DNA of 64,000 nt from Pseudomonadota bacterium (GTDB taxonomy: Bacteria; Desulfobacterota; Desulfobacteria; Desulfobacterales; JBDRRP01), in the NCBI GenBank assembly GCA_043825735.1, contig JBDRRP010000107.1, positions 248,001 through 312,000 of the forward strand, given 5' to 3'. Under the pieces are notes generated by a model that worked only from the letters and a program-made list of their open reading frames with translations, did no database searches and had not been told where the DNA came from. Position numbers and translations under genes: made by a program. Positions 58,174 to 64,000 of the stretch are shown here, in pieces (positions within the stretch are counted from its first letter, which is position 1; each line of letters opens with the position of its first letter).

Positions 58174-59373
58174 CTACAAGCGACATTCCCGCCACGGCCG
58201 AACCAGCAGAATGAGCCAGGCCGCCCCGATATACATCAGGCCCAGGTAGGAAAAGACCAGGGTATAGTTGCCTTGGGTAACGTCCAGAATATGGCCGGTG
58301 AGCCAGGGGCCCAGGGGGCCGGCCACGAAGCCGTAGGCGGTAAACACCAGGCCGAAAATGGCCCCGAAGTGCGCCATGCCGAAACAGTCGCCGGCCAGGG
58401 GGCCGGATACCGCAAACAGGGTCCCGAAGGCAAAACCGATGACCGCCGCCAGCGCGGCCCACAGCCACAGCCCGCCCAGATGCGGCATGAGCAGATAGGC
58501 CGCGCCCGCGCAGGCAAAGCTCACGGCCATGGTGAGGGTTCGCCCGATGCGGTCCGAATAGTACCCGCTGATCAACCGTCCGCAGCCGTTGGTCACGTTG
58601 AAGGCCGTGAGCAGCACGACGGCCTGGGGCAGAGTTAGGCCCCGGGCCAGGCCGAACCCGGTGGCCAGTACCAGCATGCTGGCCCCGGCGGCGCCGGCCA
58701 GCACCCAGGTGAGCCACAGGCACCAGAACTCGCGGCTTTTCAGCGCGTCTTCCACCGTACGGCCCGAGAGCGGTGGTGAGGGTTCGGCTGACGGGGTCGA
58801 CGCCGCTGTCTCCGGAAACCGGATCAGGGCGGCAGCGGCCAGGCCGATGGTGAGTGCGGCGAAACCCGCGGCCAGGATCAATGTTTCATAGCCCCATTTC
58901 AGCAGCAGGATAGAAAATACCGGTGACATGATCGCTGCCGACAGTCCGAACACCATATTGAAAAAACCCGAGACCAGGCCCCGCCGGTGTGGATACCAGC
59001 GCTGGACCACCGTCAGCCCCGGAAGGTAGACAAACGCCGACGACGCGCCGACAAAAAACGCCCATATGTTGACTTCGTGTATGCTGCCGGCCGAACTCAG
59101 CCAGATGGCGCTGCCGCCGCACGCCACGGCCCCGATGGCAGTCAGTCGTCCCGGTCCATACTTTTGCATCAGGCGCCCGCACAGGTACATAAAGCAGGTC
59201 GCGCCGGTGAGTACAAAAAAGACCGTTCCGCCGACCTCTCGGCCGCTGGCGCCGAAGGCCTGCTGCCAGTGCTGGCGCAGGATCCCCGGAAGACCGAAAA
59301 TGAATGCCCCCGGCCAGAAAATGGCACAGGCGCAAGCAATCAGGACAAAGCCTCGGGCGTTTTTTGTCGGCAT
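58174..59373 (-). CDS. MFS transporter, oxalate:formate antiporter (OFA) family
   Basis: 12 TM, 'WYPHRRGLVSG', 'NGCGRLISGYYSDRIG', 'FGMAHFGAIFG'. Confidence 0.85.
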   Translation of the reverse strand: MPTKNARGFVLIACACAIFWPGAFIFGLPGILRQHWQQAFGASGREVGGTVFFVLTGATCFMYLCGRLMQKYGPGRLTAIGAVACGGSAIWLSSAGSIHEVNIWAFFVGASSAFVYLPGLTVVQRWYPHRRGLVSGFFNMVFGLSAAIMSPVFSILLLKWGYETLILAAGFAALTIGLAAAALIRFPETAASTPSAEPSPPLSGRTVEDALKSREFWCLWLTWVLAGAAGASMLVLATGFGLARGLTLPQAVVLLTAFNVTNGCGRLISGYYSDRIGRTLTMAVSFACAGAAYLLMPHLGGLWLWAALAAVIGFAFGTLFAVSGPLAGDCFGMAHFGAIFGLVFTAYGFVAGPLGPWLTGHILDVTQGNYTLVFSYLGLMYIGAAWLILLVRPWRECRL

Positions 59374-59510
59374 GCGGGCTCCTTGGTCGATACCGGATCG
59401 GCAGCGATGTATCAGCGCCCTATATCATGATGTCCCTATTTGGGCGAGTGTGGAGGGCTTAGGGCAATCGTCAGAATAATATTCCGGGTCACCCCCAAGA
59501 TTCTCTCGCA

Positions 59511-59592
59511 ATCAGGATCGTAATCGGGATCGAAATCGATGTCTTACAAGGCCGATACCGATACCGATATCGATTGCGATATCGATTTCGAT
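59511..59592. repeat. ATCGNN hexamer tandem/inverted array
   Basis: atcagg-atcgta-atcggg-atcgaa-atcgat ... cgatac-cgatac-cgatat-cgattg-cgatat-cgattt-cgat. Confidence 0.75.
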
Positions 59593-59738
59593 GTTCGCCA
59601 GATAATCCGGTTGAGAAGGGCCCCTTATCTCAGTTGTTGATTGCGTCCGTTCGCAATTATGGAGTATCCTGAAACCGCATTTCGAACCCGGTCGCCCAGT
59701 CGCTGAAGAATTGAAAAAAGAACTCACTGAAAAAAAAT

Positions 59739-61214
59739 ATGGACCAGACTGGACAGGGAGGTTTCATGCCGGAAGAAAAAACACGGACTCATGCGCTGAC
59801 ATCGGGCGAATCGGAATACCAGACCTTTGTAAACAATCTGCGCGCCGGTGTGTACCGGGTCACCGGGGGCGACGGCGGCCGGTTCCTTCAGGCCAATACC
59901 GCCATGATGGTCCTCTTCGGCTTCGAATCGATGGATGAATTGAACCAGGCGAAGATATCCGACCTGTACATCGATCCGGAGGATAGGGTTCGGTTTATCG
60001 AGGAGGTCCGACAGACCGGCAACGCCAGAGGCAAGGAGCTGCGGCTGAGGAAAAAAGACGGCACGCCGTTCTGGGCTTCGTGCACCGCCTCGATCCGCAC
60101 CGATGACCAGGGCGTTGTTCAGTATATCGAAGGCATCATCGAGGACATTACCGAACGCAAAAACGCGGAGCGGGCGCTCCGGGACAGCGAAAAGGAGAAT
60201 CGCACGCTCCTTGAAAATCTGCGCGCCGGCGTGTACCGGGTCACTGGAAAGGGTGTCGGCGATTTCATCCGGGCAAATTCGGCGATGATTTCGCTGTTCG
60301 GCTTTGACTCATGGGAAGACCTGAAGCGATCTTCCGTAGCCGATCTGTACGCCGAAAACGAAGACCGAATCGGCTTTGTTGAAGAAGTTTTCAGTAAGGG
60401 GTATGCCAAGGGCAAAGAGCTGCGGTTGAAAAAAAAAGACGGCACCCCGTTCTGGGGCGCATGCACGGCGGCTATCCGCAGGGATGAAGACGACCATGTC
60501 CTTTACGTCGAAGGGATCATTGAAGACATCACCGATCGAAAGCTGGCCGAAGAGGCGCTCCGGCATTCCAACGAGATCCTGAACAACATTCTGTCGGCAT
60601 CGCCCGTCGGAATCGGGCTACTGGAAGACGATGTCATTCAGTGGGCCAACACGGAAATGAGCACCATGTTCGGTTTCAGAAGCGAGGATGAATGCAGGGG
60701 GCAGAAGATCGCTTCGATCTATACCTCCGCGGAAGAATACGAACGGGTGATCCGTCAAATCAAGGAAAATCTGAAATCCGGTCGCCCGCCCGAGGTGGAT
60801 GCCGCATATCAGCGAAGAGACGGTCAGACTTTTACCGGCCATTTCAAAATGAGCTGTCCAGATCCATCCAACCCTTCGAAACGCGCTATTTTCACCATTC
60901 ACGATATTTCCTGGCGGTTGCAGGCGGAAAAAGAGCGCATTCAGAGAGAGAAACTCCAGGGTGTTCTCGAAATGGCCGGTGCCGTGTGTCACGAGATGAA
61001 TCAGCCGCTGCAGGGCATTTTCGGATACGCGGAGACCTGCATGTTCGGGTTGGACAAGGACCACCCGCTGTACGAAAAACTGGAAAAAATTGTCGGTTTC
61101 TCGGCCAGAATGGGGCAGATCACCAACAAACTGCAGCATATCACCACTTACGCGACAAAGGATTATACCGCTGGGGTCAAAATAATAGACATCGACCGCT
61201 CGACACAGCAGTAA
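59739..61214 (+). CDS. Triple-PAS protein with C-terminal HisKA (H-box) but no HATPase domain
   Basis: Two near-duplicate PAS domains plus a third; 'AGAVCHEMNQPLQ'; ends ~60 aa later. The start may be 59766. Confidence 0.85.
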   Translation: MDQTGQGGFMPEEKTRTHALTSGESEYQTFVNNLRAGVYRVTGGDGGRFLQANTAMMVLFGFESMDELNQAKISDLYIDPEDRVRFIEEVRQTGNARGKELRLRKKDGTPFWASCTASIRTDDQGVVQYIEGIIEDITERKNAERALRDSEKENRTLLENLRAGVYRVTGKGVGDFIRANSAMISLFGFDSWEDLKRSSVADLYAENEDRIGFVEEVFSKGYAKGKELRLKKKDGTPFWGACTAAIRRDEDDHVLYVEGIIEDITDRKLAEEALRHSNEILNNILSASPVGIGLLEDDVIQWANTEMSTMFGFRSEDECRGQKIASIYTSAEEYERVIRQIKENLKSGRPPEVDAAYQRRDGQTFTGHFKMSCPDPSNPSKRAIFTIHDISWRLQAEKERIQREKLQGVLEMAGAVCHEMNQPLQGIFGYAETCMFGLDKDHPLYEKLEKIVGFSARMGQITNKLQHITTYATKDYTAGVKIIDIDRSTQQ

Positions 61215-61232
61215 GCCAAAGTTTTTTTATTA

Positions 61233-61374
61233 GGACCTATCTCAAAAAACGGATTTTTGGTTCAGATCAAGGCGAAGGCAAGCATCAACCCGCAGGAATA
61301 CTGCTGGATTTTGAGGACTTGATGCGCGGCTTAAACGCCGATATGGGCCAAAAAGACTTTTTTGAGATAGGTTC
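61233..61374. mobile_element. MITE with ~17-bp TIRs and TA flanks
   Basis: ta-GGACCTATCTCAAAAAA ... TTTTTTGAGATAGGTTC-ta; no coding capacity. Confidence 0.75.
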
Positions 61375-61692
61375 TATAATCGGTCCAAAGACGCCGGCTT
61401 GGCAGTATGCAGAAAATATAAAGTTCGTATCGTCCAAATTTAAATATTAAGGGCATTCCCAATAATCGCGTGATTTATAATCAACACCCCCTTTTTCCCT
61501 CTGTCTTCCGGCCCTTTTACCAAACCTAAAAATCCTTTTTATTTCATGCCACCGCAATCTTTATCAACTCTTTACAGTTTCTTTAAATTTCCTTTTTATT
61601 CAATGGCTATCTTCTTTCCATTACGGACTGTCGGGTTATTGGATTTCCAATAATGGCAGTCTCACAACAATTTATGGAAGGGAGAACAGATC

Positions 61693-61887
61693 ATGAAAGC
61701 ATCGAGGTACTTAAGAGTCGGCCTGATGGGATTGGCGTTGCTGGGTTTCACGTTCAGCATGGCAAGTTGTGGAATGTCGAATAAATCAATGAATAACGAT
61801 GGGATGAAATCCGAGAGCACGATGGAAAAGCCCATGACAACGGATACAATGAAATCCGAGGGCATGATGGAAAAGCCGATGAAATAG
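61693..61887 (+). CDS. Small Met-rich lipoprotein with pentapeptide repeats (MXKDX-like)
   Basis: Signal peptide with 'MASC' lipobox; repeats NNDGM KSEST MEKPM TTDTM KSEGM MEKPM; GGAG RBS. Confidence 0.75.
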   Translation: MKASRYLRVGLMGLALLGFTFSMASCGMSNKSMNNDGMKSESTMEKPMTTDTMKSEGMMEKPMK

Positions 61888-62021
61888 GACGATATGAAAT
61901 AAAAACCAGCGTGCGGACACTCTGAAGCTTTCGAAATTATGCTTTGGAGTGTCCTTTCGGAGGGGGGGCAAAATCAGAGGGGCCAGATGGCAGACTGCGG
62001 CTGTTGATCTGCCCTCTTCGG

Positions 62022-62984
62022 TTACACTGCAATTTGCTTCACCTGCAGGTTTTCGACATCCATGCGGCCAAGGCCCGCTTCATGGGCCATCTTGATGTGA
62101 TCGATCTGTCCGGGATGAAGGCGCCCCCCATTCCAGGTGCACAACTTGACGGTCATCGCATCGGCGGCCACCATGTCCGCCGATGCGATGACCTTGTTTT
62201 CGGCGATGATGTCACCGGGCCCATGGGGCCCGTTGGTGGACAGCACGCGTGTAGCATCGACCACCACGAGCTGCGGCTTTAGACGGGTGGCCAGCTTTAC
62301 TATGGAAGCGTCCAACCGTGCGATCCCATGCAAGGCCTGGCGGTCGTAGACCAGCCCCATCATGCCCTTCATGGAAAGACTGACACCGGTGGTTTCGTGT
62401 TCTTTGGCCTTGGGTGCCGCAATCAGGACATCCGCGCTCAACACCTCTTTCATGACATCCGCCTCATTGAAGCCAATCCATGAATCGGACACGCTGACTG
62501 GCGAGAATTGGTCGGCATCTTCAATGGCAGCGACCATTCCGGGCTTGATGGGGTCGCAGGCTTGCCGAATGTCTTCGATACAGAATTTGGAAAAACCCGT
62601 TGGGTGATCCAGAATACGGACTGCACCGGCGCTTGCCTCAAGGCACATGACGGCCAACTCCCGCACGATTCCGGCATCGGTGTTGGTGGCGTGCGCCTGT
62701 CCTTTGCCAAAACTCATGTTTGGCTTGATGACCACCTTCTGCCCAGGCTTGACGAACCGTTTCATTCCCCCGAGGGCATCAACGGCAGCCCGCGCTGCGG
62801 GCCCCGGAGCGCCGGTGACCACGCTGATATCGGGATAGGCTCCGGCGAACACGCCCCGAGGCAGCCACAGGCCGGATGCACCAGCGGCCAGATAGAAAGC
62901 CCCTTTGAGTTGCGTTTTGAGAAAATCCCGGCGGGTTGACATGTCGCTACGAACGGCCGAGTTCGCAATCGTGCAGGGTTTCAT
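62022..62984 (-). CDS. Tat-exported DUF362 protein
   Basis: 'TRRDFLK' twin-arginine signal; 'LGGMKRFVKPGQKVVIKPN', 'LSMKGMMG', 'DMVAADA'; AAGGAGG RBS. Confidence 0.85.
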   Translation of the reverse strand: MKPCTIANSAVRSDMSTRRDFLKTQLKGAFYLAAGASGLWLPRGVFAGAYPDISVVTGAPGPAARAAVDALGGMKRFVKPGQKVVIKPNMSFGKGQAHATNTDAGIVRELAVMCLEASAGAVRILDHPTGFSKFCIEDIRQACDPIKPGMVAAIEDADQFSPVSVSDSWIGFNEADVMKEVLSADVLIAAPKAKEHETTGVSLSMKGMMGLVYDRQALHGIARLDASIVKLATRLKPQLVVVDATRVLSTNGPHGPGDIIAENKVIASADMVAADAMTVKLCTWNGGRLHPGQIDHIKMAHEAGLGRMDVENLQVKQIAV

Positions 62985-63507
62985 TAGCGCCCTCCTTATG
63001 GGAGACGTGGGATTATGGGCGCAGTATATACTCATATGAGTATTTTGCAAGAATTTACTGAGCCATGTCCGATAGCATCCTCAGACACTTCTAAGAATCG
63101 GCGAATATTACCTATATATACAAAATTATTATGTAAAATTATTATTTTCGACGCATTGCCTGCCAGGGAATACAGGCGAAAATTCGCTTGAAATAGAACC
63201 GAATGAATAATCATAAATGCCCAAATGGGCATTTTGATGGAGTAGGGATACATTTAAAATTAAAAAATTCTCAAAATATCCGGTGAAGGTTTGTCCAAAG
63301 CAACGGGGATCTTCACAGGGACAAATCTACCAACGGGGACCTGATTCCAATTTGGGACGCCAAATCTTAAGAAGGCAATACCGGGGAGGTGTCCTGGCCA
63401 ATAAGTGGTCTTCCGTCAACAACGTCCCGTTTTCTTTCGCTTTGGTGGTGATTTAAGAGGGGCTGGGCAGGAGGCCCGCTTAGGGAGGGCGTGGAAAACG
63501 AATTGGC

Positions 63508-64000
63508 CTATCTGTCTGGTAGTTCCGTGCCCCGATTTATGACTTCGATATAACCTGCATAGCTAAATAGTCGGTTGCGTCTTCTGGCGGTGAGCTCCTT
63601 CACGATGCCGAGTTGCACCAGGTGTACGAGCGTCTTGTTGACCGTAGCCGAGGTGATACCGGTTTTTTCCACCAACCAGCCCGATGTGGCGATGGGACGT
63701 TCCATTAGTGCTCGGTGGACCCGCAGCGTGGATGCCGCCGCACGGCCAAGGCCGCTGATCTTGTCCCGGTCCTGATTTGACAGATCGAGAAGCTGCTGCG
63801 CCGTTTCCACCGCCTGGGTGGCGGTGACGATGACCGCCTCGGCGAAAAAATCGAGCCATGCCTCCCAGTCACCGGTCATGCGCACGTTGTTGAGCAGTTC
63901 GTAGTAATACTGGCGATGCGTCTTGAAGTAGAGACTGAGGTAGAGCATCGGCTCCCGCAGCACCTTCTGCTCGCACAACAACAGCGTGACCAGCAGACGA
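63508..64000 (-). CDS. Fic-family protein, C-terminal part (truncated by the window edge)
   Basis: 'RLLVTLLL...LREPMLYLSLYFKTHRQYYYELL..VR.TGDWEAWLDFF' plus wHTH 'RRRNRLFSY'. Confidence 0.8.
   Translation of the reverse strand, partial: RLLVTLLLCEQKVLREPMLYLSLYFKTHRQYYYELLNNVRMTGDWEAWLDFFAEAVIVTATQAVETAQQLLDLSNQDRDKISGLGRAAASTLRVHRALMERPIATSGWLVEKTGITSATVNKTLVHLVQLGIVKELTARRRNRLFSYAGYIEVINRGTELPDR

Noticed and set aside
63040..63500. AT-rich stretch with ggggac motifs as an island boundary or att site
   Set aside because: No tRNA, integrase or direct repeat is visible within the window, so it cannot be supported

Overview
A GC-rich bacterial chromosomal window. Gene content suggests an anaerobic, probably sulfate-reducing Desulfobacterales-like deltaproteobacterium (inference). 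From left to right it holds: an octaheme cytochrome c/cytochrome b pair; a GntR-linked sugar-acid catabolic cluster (TctCBA, apiose-isomerase-like enzyme, split transketolase, plant-type hydroxypyruvate reductase, with a divergent AKR and an epimerase); a Fic gene flanked by direct repeats; an orphan GAF-PilB/GspE ATPase; and two hybrid kinases. Next comes an amino-acid catabolic region: a class III aminotransferase, ALDH7, a 2-oxoacid:ferredoxin oxidoreductase, non-decarboxylating glutaryl-CoA dehydrogenase and GcdA. This reads like an anaerobic lysine -> 2-oxoadipate -> glutaryl-CoA route. The rest comprises a combined RND + MacAB-type efflux locus, a Phd/VapC TA pair, a KamA radical SAM gene and signalling genes. 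Intergenic regions are densely filled with non-coding elements: MITEs sharing one terminal repeat, REP-like palindromes, and inverted arrays of 6-, 7-, 8- and 9-nt tandem repeats. I saw no tRNA, rRNA, CRISPR array or intact transposase. All family calls come from motif recognition and recalled homologues; no searches were run.
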